64,000 nt of DNA from an uncultured Pelagibacteraceae bacterium (GTDB taxonomy: Bacteria > Pseudomonadota > Alphaproteobacteria > Pelagibacterales > Pelagibacteraceae). This document shows positions 1-9,817 of this stretch, one piece after another (positions within the stretch are counted from its first letter, which is position 1; each line of letters starts with the position of its first letter). The position numbers and the translations under genes are program-made. The notes under the pieces are model-generated. The model saw only the letters and a list, made by a program, of their open reading frames with translations. It ran no database searches and was not told the DNA's origin. The DNA lies in contig CABYJU010000005.1 in NCBI GenBank assembly GCA_902519325.1, forward strand, positions 8,324 to 72,323, given 5' to 3'.

Positions 1-278
1 ATTAGTATTAATGGCATTGCTTGTCCCAAAACTTCATCTATTACAATTTGTCTAGGATCTTTATTTTCAAACTCGGTTTCCGAGTCCATCACCGCATAAA
101 AAGAATAAAAAAATATAATTGAATATAATATTAAAATATAATTTAAATTCTTAAAATTCAGTATCTCAAAAAGTGTATAAAGTATTATTAATGTACTTAG
201 AGATGTAAACGTTCCAGGTATTTTAGAAATATATCCATTGCCAAAAAAAGTTGAAATTAATATGTTAATTTTTTTCAT
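1..278 (-). CDS. pgpA: Phosphatidylglycerophosphatase A (partial, runs off the window start; not in ORF track)
   Basis: Manual translation from ATG at 278: MKKINILISTFFGNGYISKIPGTFTS...DPRQIVIDEVLGQ. PGT and D-x3-IVIDE motifs of PgpA; overlaps the ispDF stop, the usual alphaproteobacterial context. Confidence 0.85.
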   Translation of the reverse strand, partial: MKKINILISTFFGNGYISKIPGTFTSLSTLIILYTLFEILNFKNLNYILILYSIIFFYSFYAVMDSETEFENKDPRQIVIDEVLGQAMPLIL

Positions 279-1375
279 CTCGATAATGAACAAATCACTT
301 CGCATGCTATGGCTTGTTCTTTTCCAATTATACCTAATTTTTCAACTGTTTTCCCTTTTAAATTTATCAAACTTTTGTTTATTGATAACAAGCTAGAAAT
401 TGATTTTATAACTTTGTTTCTGATTTTTGAGACTCGGGGGTTTTCGCAAATTAAGTTTATATCTATATTTTTTATGTCAAAATTATTATCCTTTACTAAT
501 TTGATAACAGGCATAAGCATGTTTTTGGACCTGATATTCATAAATTTAGTTGAATCACTCGGGAAAAGAGTTCCAATATCACTTTTTCTCATAGCTCCTA
601 GCAAACCATCAATTATAGCGTGGATGATTACATCTCCATCAGAATGTCCTTTGAGTCCTGAATGATATGGAATTTTCACTCCTCCTAGAAAAAGTTTTTT
701 ATTTTTAATTAACTTGTGTATGTCGAAACCAATTCCATAATAAGTTTCTGATTTTAGGTATTTCAAATCATCTATTGTTGTTATTTTAAAATTATTCTTA
801 TCTCCAAGAATAAATTTAATTTTCTTATTATTTTTTATGTAAAGACTAGCTTCGTCTGTTATCTTTTCTTTATTATTCTTATATAAATTAAAAAGTTCAT
901 TAAAATTAAAACATTGAGGTGTTTGAGTTAATAAGACTTTGTCACGGTTTAAATTATTAATTTTATTATTATTTATGTATTTTACTGAATTTTCTGAATT
1001 CAAATAAGGAACTACAGCACTATTTTTTTTTAAATTACTTTTTAATTTCCTCAATAAATTTATTGATAAATTTGGTCTTGCGGCGTCATGAATATATACA
1101 TTTTTAATTTTTTTATTCTTTAAGAATTGTAGAGCATTTTGAGTAGAATTATGTCTCTCTATTCCTCCTTTTATTACATCTACACTTTTAAATTTTATTT
1201 TTTTAATTTTTTTATTTGAGACTATCAAAATTCTTTTAAATAACTTTGAGTCTTGAGCGACTTTTAATGAATGCTCAAATAATGGCTTGTTTTTATACAT
1301 TATAAATTGCTTATTATGTTTAGATTTAAATCTCTTACTTTTTCCTGCACTTAATAATATAAAACAATCACTCAT
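275..1375 (-). CDS. ispDF: Bifunctional IspD/IspF (MEP pathway)
   Basis: IspD motifs AGKSKRF, HDAARP, QTPQ; IspF motifs GFDIH, HSDGDV, KGKTVEKLG. Confidence 0.95.
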   Translation of the reverse strand: MSDCFILLSAGKSKRFKSKHNKQFIMYKNKPLFEHSLKVAQDSKLFKRILIVSNKKIKKIKFKSVDVIKGGIERHNSTQNALQFLKNKKIKNVYIHDAARPNLSINLLRKLKSNLKKNSAVVPYLNSENSVKYINNNKINNLNRDKVLLTQTPQCFNFNELFNLYKNNKEKITDEASLYIKNNKKIKFILGDKNNFKITTIDDLKYLKSETYYGIGFDIHKLIKNKKLFLGGVKIPYHSGLKGHSDGDVIIHAIIDGLLGAMRKSDIGTLFPSDSTKFMNIRSKNMLMPVIKLVKDNNFDIKNIDINLICENPRVSKIRNKVIKSISSLLSINKSLINLKGKTVEKLGIIGKEQAIACEVICSLSR

Positions 1376-1412
1376 GTATTTATTTATAAATTTTTATATA
1401 TATTCATAGTTT

Positions 1413-3185
1413 ATGCTAACTTTTATAAAAAGAAATTTATTTATAATAATTATATTCGTACTTACTGTTTTACTATCTTTTATTACATTTCTAACATTTA
1501 TTGATAGAAGCTTTATTGAGCTAAATGATCAAAATCTTCAATTAGTATTAATTTTAAATATTGTCTTTTTACTTGTTTTTTTTGTGTTGATTTTTATTGA
1601 TATTAAAAATTCAATTAAAAATAATATTAATGTAAGGGGATCAGTAGCAAATAGAAAATACATAATATCATTTGGTTTATTTACTTTAATACCATCATTA
1701 TTAATTGCTATTTTTTCTCTTTTCATCTTTTCTTTCGCTCTAGAAAAATATTTTGATAAAAAAATAACTACAGCAGTTAATAATTCATACGAAATTGCAA
1801 AAAACTATGTTGATGAAAAAAGAAATAAAATTCAGTCAGAAATAGTATTAATTGCATTTGATTTAAATAAGTATCACAATATTTATAAAACTGATCCTGT
1901 TAGATTTAAGTCTTTTTTGAATACACAAAATCTAATAAGAGATATTGATCAACTTTATTTAATAAATTCAACTGGTGAATTGATAATTTCAGCAAATGAT
2001 TCTGAGTATGTTAAAATTGAAGATCAAGCTATTAGTATGGTACGTTCAGATGATCGTCCATTAAAAATCATAAATGCACCAGAAAATAGGTCTGCTGCAG
2101 TGATTAGATTAGAGAATTTTGAAGATACATACTTATATGTAGTAAAAAAATTAGACAAAAGCATCTCTAATTATTTATTAGAGTCTGAAGAAGCTTTAAA
2201 TTTTTATTACACTGTTGAAAATCAAAGTTTAGGCATTAGAATATCCTTTGCAATCATATACATCTCTCTTGTAACACTTCTCTTATTTTTATCTATTACT
2301 ATTGCAATTAGATTTTCTTCAAGATTTTTTATATCTATTAATAATCTTATAACTGCATCTGAAAAAATTGGAAAAGGAAATTTGGACGTAAAGGTTCCTG
2401 AACTTAAAGCAGATAGAGAAATGGAGTTATTAAATAAAAACTTTAATTCTATGATAGAAAAATTAAAAAATCAGCAAGACAAATTATTATCAAATGAAAG
2501 ACATGAGGCTTGGGAAACAGTGGCTAGAAAAATGGCCCATGAAATTAAAAATCCACTTACTCCAATACAGCTAACTATAGATAATCTTAATTCAAAATAT
2601 TTACCTGATTTAAGTGACGAAAAGAAGCAAAAATATCAAGATAATTTAAAAACTATTTTAAAGCAAATAAAGCAAATAGAAAATCTAGTAAATGAATTTT
2701 CTGATTTTGCAAGAATGCCCAAACCTCATTTTAAACATAATGATTTAATAAAAGTTTTAGATGAAAATATTGAATTATTAAAAAAAATTGACAGCTCAAT
2801 TAATTTTAAAATTAATAATAAAACAGGTAAAAAAGTTATAATTAATTTTGATAATGAGCAGTTCAACAGATTATTTTTCAACTTAATCAAAAATTCAATT
2901 GAAAGTATTAAAGAAAAGGTCAAAAAAACCAATGAAACATTGAAAAATATTGATATAGAAATAAATCAAAGAAGAGATTATATAACTGTCAACGTAACTG
3001 ATACGGGCGAAGGTTTTAAGGATAAAAAAACCAAGGATATTATAAAGCCATATTATACAACTAAAGAAAAAGGAACTGGTTTAGGATTATCGATAGTAGA
3101 TAAAATAATAAATGACCACAACGGATCAATTAAATTTTTAAATACAAATAATGGAGCTAAAGTTCAAATTATAATTCCAAAATAA
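1413..3185 (+). CDS. ntrY: Sensor histidine kinase NtrY
   Basis: TM helices, HAMP domain, H-box AWETVARKMAHEIKNPLTPIQL, GTGLGL; next to ntrX. Confidence 0.92.
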   Translation: MLTFIKRNLFIIIIFVLTVLLSFITFLTFIDRSFIELNDQNLQLVLILNIVFLLVFFVLIFIDIKNSIKNNINVRGSVANRKYIISFGLFTLIPSLLIAIFSLFIFSFALEKYFDKKITTAVNNSYEIAKNYVDEKRNKIQSEIVLIAFDLNKYHNIYKTDPVRFKSFLNTQNLIRDIDQLYLINSTGELIISANDSEYVKIEDQAISMVRSDDRPLKIINAPENRSAAVIRLENFEDTYLYVVKKLDKSISNYLLESEEALNFYYTVENQSLGIRISFAIIYISLVTLLLFLSITIAIRFSSRFFISINNLITASEKIGKGNLDVKVPELKADREMELLNKNFNSMIEKLKNQQDKLLSNERHEAWETVARKMAHEIKNPLTPIQLTIDNLNSKYLPDLSDEKKQKYQDNLKTILKQIKQIENLVNEFSDFARMPKPHFKHNDLIKVLDENIELLKKIDSSINFKINNKTGKKVIINFDNEQFNRLFFNLIKNSIESIKEKVKKTNETLKNIDIEINQRRDYITVNVTDTGEGFKDKKTKDIIKPYYTTKEKGTGLGLSIVDKIINDHNGSIKFLNTNNGAKVQIIIPK

Positions 3186-3188
3186 TTT

Positions 3189-4544
3189 ATGGCAACAGAG
3201 ATATTAATCATAGATGATAACTCAGATATTAGAAATATTCTTGATGAATTGATTCAAGATGCTGGATATAAAACAAGATTGGCAGCAAATTTTAATCAAG
3301 GATTATCAGAAATAGATAAAAAATTACCTGATGTTGCGATAATAGATGTCAAATTAGACAAAGGCGACAATGATGGAATTCAGTTACTCGAGCACATTAA
3401 AAATAAAAATACAGATATTCCAGTAATTATAATTTCAGGACACGCAAATATTGAAATGGCTATAAATTCTCTAAGATCTGGTGCATTTGAATTTATACAA
3501 AAACCCTTTGATAAAGAACGATTATTAAATTTTGTGAAAAGAGCTGTAGAAAACTTTAATTTAAAAAAAGAAAATATATCTCTATCAAATAAATTATTCC
3601 ACTCGTTTAAAATAGTAGGAAAAAGTTCGAATATTACATCTATTAAAGATCAAATACAAAAATTGTCACAATCTGAAAGTAGAGTCTTTATAAGTGGACC
3701 TACTGGCTCTGGAAAAGAATTAATTTCAAGAAAAATTTATAAAAATTCAAAAAGATCAAATGGTCCATTTATAATAATTAATGGAGCATTATTAGACTCT
3801 AAAAAATATGAATTAGAACTTTTTGGTGAAGAAAGAAAGGATGGTTCAATTGTTTATGGTGCATTAGAAAAAGCATCTGGAGGTGTATTATTAATTGATG
3901 AAGTGACAGAAATTCCATTGGAGACACAATCTAAAATTTTAAGAGTTGTGATTGACCAAAAATTTAAAAGAATAAATAGCAATCATGATATCAAGGTTGA
4001 TGTGAGAATTATTTGCGCATCTAGTAAAAATATTAATATAGAAATTAAAAATGGTAACTTTCGTGAGGACCTATTTCACAGATTAAATGTTTTTAATATT
4101 GAAATAGATCCTTTAAATAAAAGAATTGAAGATATACCATTACTTGTTGATTATTTTATAGAAAATATATGCAATACATATAATTATAAAAAATTTAAAA
4201 TAAGAGACGATAATTATCTTTTAAACTATGATTGGCCAGGAAATGTAAGAGAATTACGTAATTTAATAGAACGAATTGCCATTCTTTCCCCGGGTAACGA
4301 TGAGGAAAAAATATTAGAAATTATTAAAGAGTCACTATCTAAGTCTGCAAACGAAACTTTTTCTGTAGCAGAAAATCTATCAATACCACTCAGAGAAGCT
4401 AGAGAAAATTTTGAAAAGGAATATTTAATATCTCAAATTAAAAAATTTGGTGGAAATATCTCTAAAACTGCAAAATTTGTAGGTATGGAAAGATCAGCAC
4501 TTCACAGAAAATTAAAACTATTAGGTGTAAAGGATTTAAATTAA
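3189..4544 (+). CDS. ntrX: Response regulator NtrX (REC-AAA+-Fis HTH)
   Basis: REC domain, GPTGSGKE, WPGNVRELRN, C-terminal GMERSALHRKLK; lacks GAFTGA, as is typical of NtrX. Confidence 0.93.
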   Translation: MATEILIIDDNSDIRNILDELIQDAGYKTRLAANFNQGLSEIDKKLPDVAIIDVKLDKGDNDGIQLLEHIKNKNTDIPVIIISGHANIEMAINSLRSGAFEFIQKPFDKERLLNFVKRAVENFNLKKENISLSNKLFHSFKIVGKSSNITSIKDQIQKLSQSESRVFISGPTGSGKELISRKIYKNSKRSNGPFIIINGALLDSKKYELELFGEERKDGSIVYGALEKASGGVLLIDEVTEIPLETQSKILRVVIDQKFKRINSNHDIKVDVRIICASSKNINIEIKNGNFREDLFHRLNVFNIEIDPLNKRIEDIPLLVDYFIENICNTYNYKKFKIRDDNYLLNYDWPGNVRELRNLIERIAILSPGNDEEKILEIIKESLSKSANETFSVAENLSIPLREARENFEKEYLISQIKKFGGNISKTAKFVGMERSALHRKLKLLGVKDLN

Positions 4545-5917
4545 TGAATATAATAATCTGTGGTGCAGGCAGAGTAGGATTTACAATTGCAAAATTATTA
4601 ACTGAACAAAATCATTCAATAACAGTTATTGATCAATCTAGTGATGATATTCAAAAGATTAATGAGTCTCTAGATGTAAAAGCTATTGTAGGTAAAGCAA
4701 CCTCACCAGAAATTTTGGATCGTGCTAACACCTCAGAGGCAGATATGCTGATTGCGGTCACGAGAAATGATGAAATAAATATGCTAATTTGTCAAATTGC
4801 ATATTCTTTATTTAAAGTCCCAAAAAAAATAGCTAGAATAAGGTCGCAAGAATATTTAGACCCAAAATTTTCTACTCTTTTTAATAAGGATAATTTACCT
4901 ATAGATTATGTTATATCTCCAGAAATCGAAATTGCAAAATCATTACAAAGAAAATTAGAAGCACCAGGAGCTTTAGATAATGTGCCTTTTGCAGAAAATA
5001 AAATTAGATTATTAGAAATTTTAATTGACGAAAAATGTCCAATACACCAAATAAAATTAAAAGAATTAACAAATAAATTTCCAAATTTAAATGCATATAT
5101 ATTGGGAGTTATAAGAGAAGATTATTTTAAAATTTTAAAAAAAGATGACAAACTTCAACATAACGATAAGGCATATGTAATTGTTAACTCCAATCAAATG
5201 GAAGAGACTTTAAGGGTTTTTGGTCATAATGAAAAAATTGCAAATAAAATTCTTATTATTGGTGGAGGGAATATAGGTTTTAATCTAGCTTCAAATATAG
5301 AAAAAAACTTTGAAGAAGCTAGAGTAAAAATTATTGAGAAAGATAAAATTAGAGCAGAATTTATTGCTAACTATTTAAATGATACAATAGTTATTAATGG
5401 AAATGGATTAGACGAAGATGTATTGAACGAAGCTAACTTAGAAGAAGTAGAAACTGTCTTGGCCTTAACAAATGATGATGAAGATAATCTTATGGTTAGT
5501 GTCCTTGTAGAAAAATTCTCAAAAAACAAAAGAACTATGGCTCTAGTAAACAAACCCAATTATTCATTACTTCAATCATCTTTAAAAATTGATGATTTAA
5601 TAGATCCAAGAATGAGTACAGTTTCAAGTATATTAAAACACGTACATAAAGGCACGATAGAAAATGCTTATACTATTTTAAATGGAGAGTATGAAGTTAT
5701 TGAGGCTGACATTATAGAAACTTCGGAATTAATTAACAAAGAACTAAAAAATGCTGATTTACCAGATGAAATTCGAGTTGGTGCTGTTTTAAGAGATGAT
5801 AAATTTATAGTTCCTTCGTCTAAATATATTTTTCAAAAAGACGATACAGTTGTGTTGCTGGCAAAGAGAGATCAATTACCTCTTGTTGAAAATCTATTTA
5901 GAATTAGCTCAATTTAA
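4544..5917 (+). CDS. trkA: Trk potassium uptake NAD-binding subunit
   Basis: Two RCK domains with GAGRVG and GGGNIG; 457 aa. Confidence 0.95.
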   Translation: MNIIICGAGRVGFTIAKLLTEQNHSITVIDQSSDDIQKINESLDVKAIVGKATSPEILDRANTSEADMLIAVTRNDEINMLICQIAYSLFKVPKKIARIRSQEYLDPKFSTLFNKDNLPIDYVISPEIEIAKSLQRKLEAPGALDNVPFAENKIRLLEILIDEKCPIHQIKLKELTNKFPNLNAYILGVIREDYFKILKKDDKLQHNDKAYVIVNSNQMEETLRVFGHNEKIANKILIIGGGNIGFNLASNIEKNFEEARVKIIEKDKIRAEFIANYLNDTIVINGNGLDEDVLNEANLEEVETVLALTNDDEDNLMVSVLVEKFSKNKRTMALVNKPNYSLLQSSLKIDDLIDPRMSTVSSILKHVHKGTIENAYTILNGEYEVIEADIIETSELINKELKNADLPDEIRVGAVLRDDKFIVPSSKYIFQKDDTVVLLAKRDQLPLVENLFRISSI

Positions 5918-5920
5918 TAA

Positions 5921-7330
5921 ATGAATATATTTGGTCTAAAATACTTTGGTATTTTTATTTTAATTATAAGTTTTTTTTCTTTTTTCAACATAATTTACTC
6001 TTACTATTTTGATCTTTTAAATAACCTTAGTAATTATATTTTCACATTTTCAATTACTTTTATAATTGGATTGTCCCTTATTCTATTTAAAAAATTTAAG
6101 TACGAAAAAATTAATTTATTTGAAAGAATTATAATAGTTTTAATAGGTTATTTAATTTTACCTATGATAATATCAGTTCCTTATATTCTAAGCTTAGATA
6201 ATATAGGTTTGGTTAATTGCTATTTCGAAGCTATTTCTGGTTTTACTTCTACTGGTTTTACAATCTTTAAAAATTTGGAGCAATTAGATCAAACTTTGAT
6301 TTTATGGAGATCAAGCTCTCAATGGATAGGTGGATTATATTTTTTATTTTCAATATTATTACTTATTGACCTTTTTGATGAAAATCTAAAAAGATCCTTA
6401 ACCAATTATATTTCTTTAAATTCATCTGAGATATTTAGACAAGTTTTTAAAATAATAATAATTTATTTATCTATAACTGTTCTTATATTTGTACTATTAA
6501 AATTAGTTAACATAAGATCTTATGATGCTTATAACTATTCTCTTACTATAATATCATCTGGTGGATTTTTACCTAATAATAATTTTGACACTACATTTAC
6601 TACTGACATAAGTAAAATTATTCTATCGATATCGATGTTATTTCCTTTTTTTAGTCTTTTTTTTATTTTTAATCTAATTTTTTTTAAGAAAAAAAATATT
6701 AATTATCTAAGCGAAGATATTAATATTTTAATTTATCTTTTGATTGTAATTGTATTATCATTTATTTTTTTTAATTATAATAATAATTTTTTGAATGTAT
6801 TAGTTTCTATTTCAAGTAGTGTTTCAAATATAGGAATTTCATTTGAACAAGTGCCTAAAAATCTTGTTTTTGTTTTTCTCATACTTGTAATTCTTGGCGG
6901 TTCCTTTTTTTCAACAAGCTCAGGTTTAAGAGTAATAAAAGTTTTAACTTTAATTAAATTTTCTTTAAATAATTTGTTATCTCATTCAAAACCAAACCAA
7001 ATTTATTCAAATAAATTATCATTAAATAAAATTAGTGCTAATATTAATGATATTAATAAATATTTTTTTGCAATAATCATTTTTATATTTTCTTTATTCT
7101 TAATTACAATATTATTAACTATTTCTAACTTAGATTTTGAAGCATCTTTTAAATTAGGCATTTTAACTATAATGAATACTGTCAATTCTGAAATGTATAA
7201 TCTAGCTGACCTAAATTTTTATAATTTCAATATATTCAGTAAAATTTCATTAATTATTTTTATGATTATTGGAAGAATTGAACTATTAACTGTCATTATT
7301 CTATTAAAAAAATTTCTTTTCAAAAATTAA
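5921..7330 (+). CDS. trkH: Trk potassium uptake permease (divergent)
   Basis: FEAISGFTSTG, LWRSSSQWIGG, C-terminal MIIGRIEL; follows trkA. Confidence 0.88.
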   Translation: MNIFGLKYFGIFILIISFFSFFNIIYSYYFDLLNNLSNYIFTFSITFIIGLSLILFKKFKYEKINLFERIIIVLIGYLILPMIISVPYILSLDNIGLVNCYFEAISGFTSTGFTIFKNLEQLDQTLILWRSSSQWIGGLYFLFSILLLIDLFDENLKRSLTNYISLNSSEIFRQVFKIIIIYLSITVLIFVLLKLVNIRSYDAYNYSLTIISSGGFLPNNNFDTTFTTDISKIILSISMLFPFFSLFFIFNLIFFKKKNINYLSEDINILIYLLIVIVLSFIFFNYNNNFLNVLVSISSSVSNIGISFEQVPKNLVFVFLILVILGGSFFSTSSGLRVIKVLTLIKFSLNNLLSHSKPNQIYSNKLSLNKISANINDINKYFFAIIIFIFSLFLITILLTISNLDFEASFKLGILTIMNTVNSEMYNLADLNFYNFNIFSKISLIIFMIIGRIELLTVIILLKKFLFKN

Positions 7331-7354
7331 TTTAGTATTATAAATCAATCTCAT

Positions 7355-7431
7355 GCGCTCTTAGCTCAGCTGGATAGAGCAACGGTTTTCTAAACCGTAG
7401 GTCGAAGGTTCGAATCCTTCAGAGCGCGCCA
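7355..7431 (+). tRNA. tRNA-Arg(TCT)
   Basis: Cloverleaf GCGCTCTTAGCTCAGCTGGATAGAGC...; anticodon arm ACGGT-TT-TCT-AA-ACCGT; GGTTCGAATCC; CCA end. Confidence 0.97.
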
Positions 7432-7562
7432 AAATCCAAATAATGCGTAAATTTTGCCATTAATTTTATATTGATGCGTTTCATTGTTTCTGCTTTACTT
7501 AGATAATTCAAAAATTACTTTGAATTATTTGTTAACAAATAAATAAACAAGAGGAATATATA

Positions 7563-8603
7563 ATGTTTAAATTAGTAAAACGATTGACTTCGGTTGTTGC
7601 TATGTTTGCTGTTCTATTTACTTTTACAACAGAAACTATGGCTGCAAAAAAGTCAAAAACTCTTAAAAACACTCAGAAAAAAGGTTTTGTGAGATGTGGT
7701 GTTTCACAAGGTCTACCAGGATTTTCTAACGCTGATGCTGCAGGAAACTGGACTGGTGTTGACGTTGATGTGTGTAGAGCGGTAGCTGCTGCAGTACTAG
7801 GAGATTCAAGTAAAGTTAAATTTACTCCACTAAGTGCTAAAGAAAGATTCACTGCACTAACATCTAACGAGATAGATATTCTATCTAGAAATACTACTTG
7901 GACTCTTTCAAGGGATGCGGATATCGGTCTTACTTTCGTAGGAGTAAACTTCTATGATGGTCAAGGTTTTATGGTTAGAAAAAATTCAGGAATTTCATCT
8001 GTAAATGATTTTAAAGCTGGTGTTTCTGCATGTACTAATCTTGGAACTACTACAGAGCTTAATATGAGAGATTTCTTTAATTCAAAAGGAATTAAATATG
8101 AGCCAGTCACTTTTGAAAAAGCTGACGAAGTTGTAGCTGCATATGATGCTGGTAGATGTGATACATATACTACAGATAAATCTGGTTTAGCTGCTCAAAG
8201 AATTAAATTGAGTAACCCAGATGACCACATGGTATTACCTGAAACTATTTCAAAAGAGCCATTAGGCCCAGTTGTTAGACAAGGTGATTCTGTTTGGGAA
8301 GACATCGTAAGATGGTCACTAAACACTATGATCGAAGCTGAAGAGTATGGCGTAACATCAGCAAATGCTGATATGATGAAAACTTCAGATAATCCAGCTG
8401 TTAAAAGATTAGTTGGTGCTGAAGGTGAATTAGGAGCTGCTCTAGGTTTGGATAATGAGTGGAGTTTAAGAATAATCAAGCAAGTTGGTAATTATGGTGA
8501 AAGCTATAAAAGAAATATAGCTGATACTGGAATTCTACCTGATAGAGGTCCAAATGAGTTATGGACAAAAGGTGGAATACTTTACGTACCACCAGCAAGA
8601 TAA
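7563..8603 (+). CDS. aapJ: General L-amino acid ABC transporter substrate-binding protein (AapJ/BztA/YhdW)
   Basis: Signal peptide, CGVSQGLPGFS, DILSRNTTWT, ISKEPLGP, VGNYGE; SD AGAGG. Confidence 0.93.
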   Translation: MFKLVKRLTSVVAMFAVLFTFTTETMAAKKSKTLKNTQKKGFVRCGVSQGLPGFSNADAAGNWTGVDVDVCRAVAAAVLGDSSKVKFTPLSAKERFTALTSNEIDILSRNTTWTLSRDADIGLTFVGVNFYDGQGFMVRKNSGISSVNDFKAGVSACTNLGTTTELNMRDFFNSKGIKYEPVTFEKADEVVAAYDAGRCDTYTTDKSGLAAQRIKLSNPDDHMVLPETISKEPLGPVVRQGDSVWEDIVRWSLNTMIEAEEYGVTSANADMMKTSDNPAVKRLVGAEGELGAALGLDNEWSLRIIKQVGNYGESYKRNIADTGILPDRGPNELWTKGGILYVPPAR

Positions 8604-8622
8604 TTCTTTTTAAAAGGAATAT

Positions 8623-8655
8623 AAAGAGGGCTAGATTTTTCTAGCCCTTTTTTTT
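8623..8655 (+). terminator. Intrinsic terminator or stabilising hairpin after aapJ
   Basis: AGGGCTAG-ATTTTT-CTAGCCCT followed by a T run. Confidence 0.85.
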
Positions 8656-8671
8656 ATAAACCATACTAATT

Positions 8672-9817
8672 GTGAACTTTAAGAAAATATTACCCCAGTT
8701 ACTTACATTAGTAGTAGTTATTCTAGTGTTTGGTTTCTTTTCATATAACGCCCAAGTTAATATGGAAAATAGAGGAATCACATTTGGTTACGGATTTTTA
8801 TCTCAGGAATCTTCATTTGATGTACAGTTTTCACTAATAGAATATGATGGCTCACATTCTTATTTTAGAGCTTATCTAGTTGGATTATTAAATACTATTT
8901 TAGTATCAGTTATTGGAATTATTTTTGCAACGATAATTGGAGTTGTTGTTGGTATAGCTAGATTATCAAGTAATTATCTTATTGAAAGAACCGCAGCAAT
9001 TTATGTAGAATTTTTCAGAAACATCCCTTTGTTATTGCAGATATTTTTTTGGTATTTTGCTGCTTTAAGAGCATTACCTTTACCCGAAAAAGCAGAACCC
9101 ATGTTTGGAGTTTTCTTTTTAACAATTAAAGGTTTTTTTGTTCCAGCTTTTGTTTGGAATAATCTAGATATTTTTATTTATTCAGTAATCGCAGCAATCA
9201 TCGCAATAGTTTTTATAAGATTATACGCTAAAAAAAAGCAGGAAAATAAAGGTATTCAAACACCAGTTTTATCAATATCTATTGGTCTTTTAATTATTTT
9301 GCCATTGTTAAGTTTTTTTCTAGGTGGAGTAGATGCATCTGTTGAAATACCAGTAATTGAACAATTATCAAAAACATCATTTACTTTTAAAGGTGGTCTA
9401 AAATTACCACCTGAATTAATTTCATTAGCGTTAGCTTTATCTTTATATACAGCAACTTTTATAGCAGAATGTGTAAGAGCTGGAGTTCAAGGTGTTAGCA
9501 AAGGTCAAAAAGAAGCTGCAGCTTCAATTGGTTTAACCCCTAACCAAGTTCTTAAATTAGTTGTAATGCCACAAGCTTTGAGGATTATAATTCCCCCAAC
9601 AACCAACCAATATTTAAATTTAACAAAGAATTCATCACTTGCTGCCGCAATTGCTTATCCAGACTTAGTACTTGTCTTTGCTGGAACTGCTTTAATGCAA
9701 ACAGGAAGAGCGATTGAAATTGTTTCCATTACAATGTTAACTTATTTAACTTTAAGCATAACTATCTCAATATTTATGAATTGGTATAATAAAAAAATAG
9801 CAATTAAAGAAAAATAA
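8672..9817 (+). CDS. aapQ: Amino acid ABC transporter permease (AapQ/YhdX), GTG start
   Basis: GLLNT, FRNIPLLLQ, EAA motif GQKEAAASIGL, NLTKNSSLA. Confidence 0.92.
   Translation: MNFKKILPQLLTLVVVILVFGFFSYNAQVNMENRGITFGYGFLSQESSFDVQFSLIEYDGSHSYFRAYLVGLLNTILVSVIGIIFATIIGVVVGIARLSSNYLIERTAAIYVEFFRNIPLLLQIFFWYFAALRALPLPEKAEPMFGVFFLTIKGFFVPAFVWNNLDIFIYSVIAAIIAIVFIRLYAKKKQENKGIQTPVLSISIGLLIILPLLSFFLGGVDASVEIPVIEQLSKTSFTFKGGLKLPPELISLALALSLYTATFIAECVRAGVQGVSKGQKEAAASIGLTPNQVLKLVVMPQALRIIIPPTTNQYLNLTKNSSLAAAIAYPDLVLVFAGTALMQTGRAIEIVSITMLTYLTLSITISIFMNWYNKKIAIKEK

Noticed and set aside
3780-3870. Missing GAFTGA loop in the AAA+ regulator
   Set aside because: Normal for NtrX proteins.
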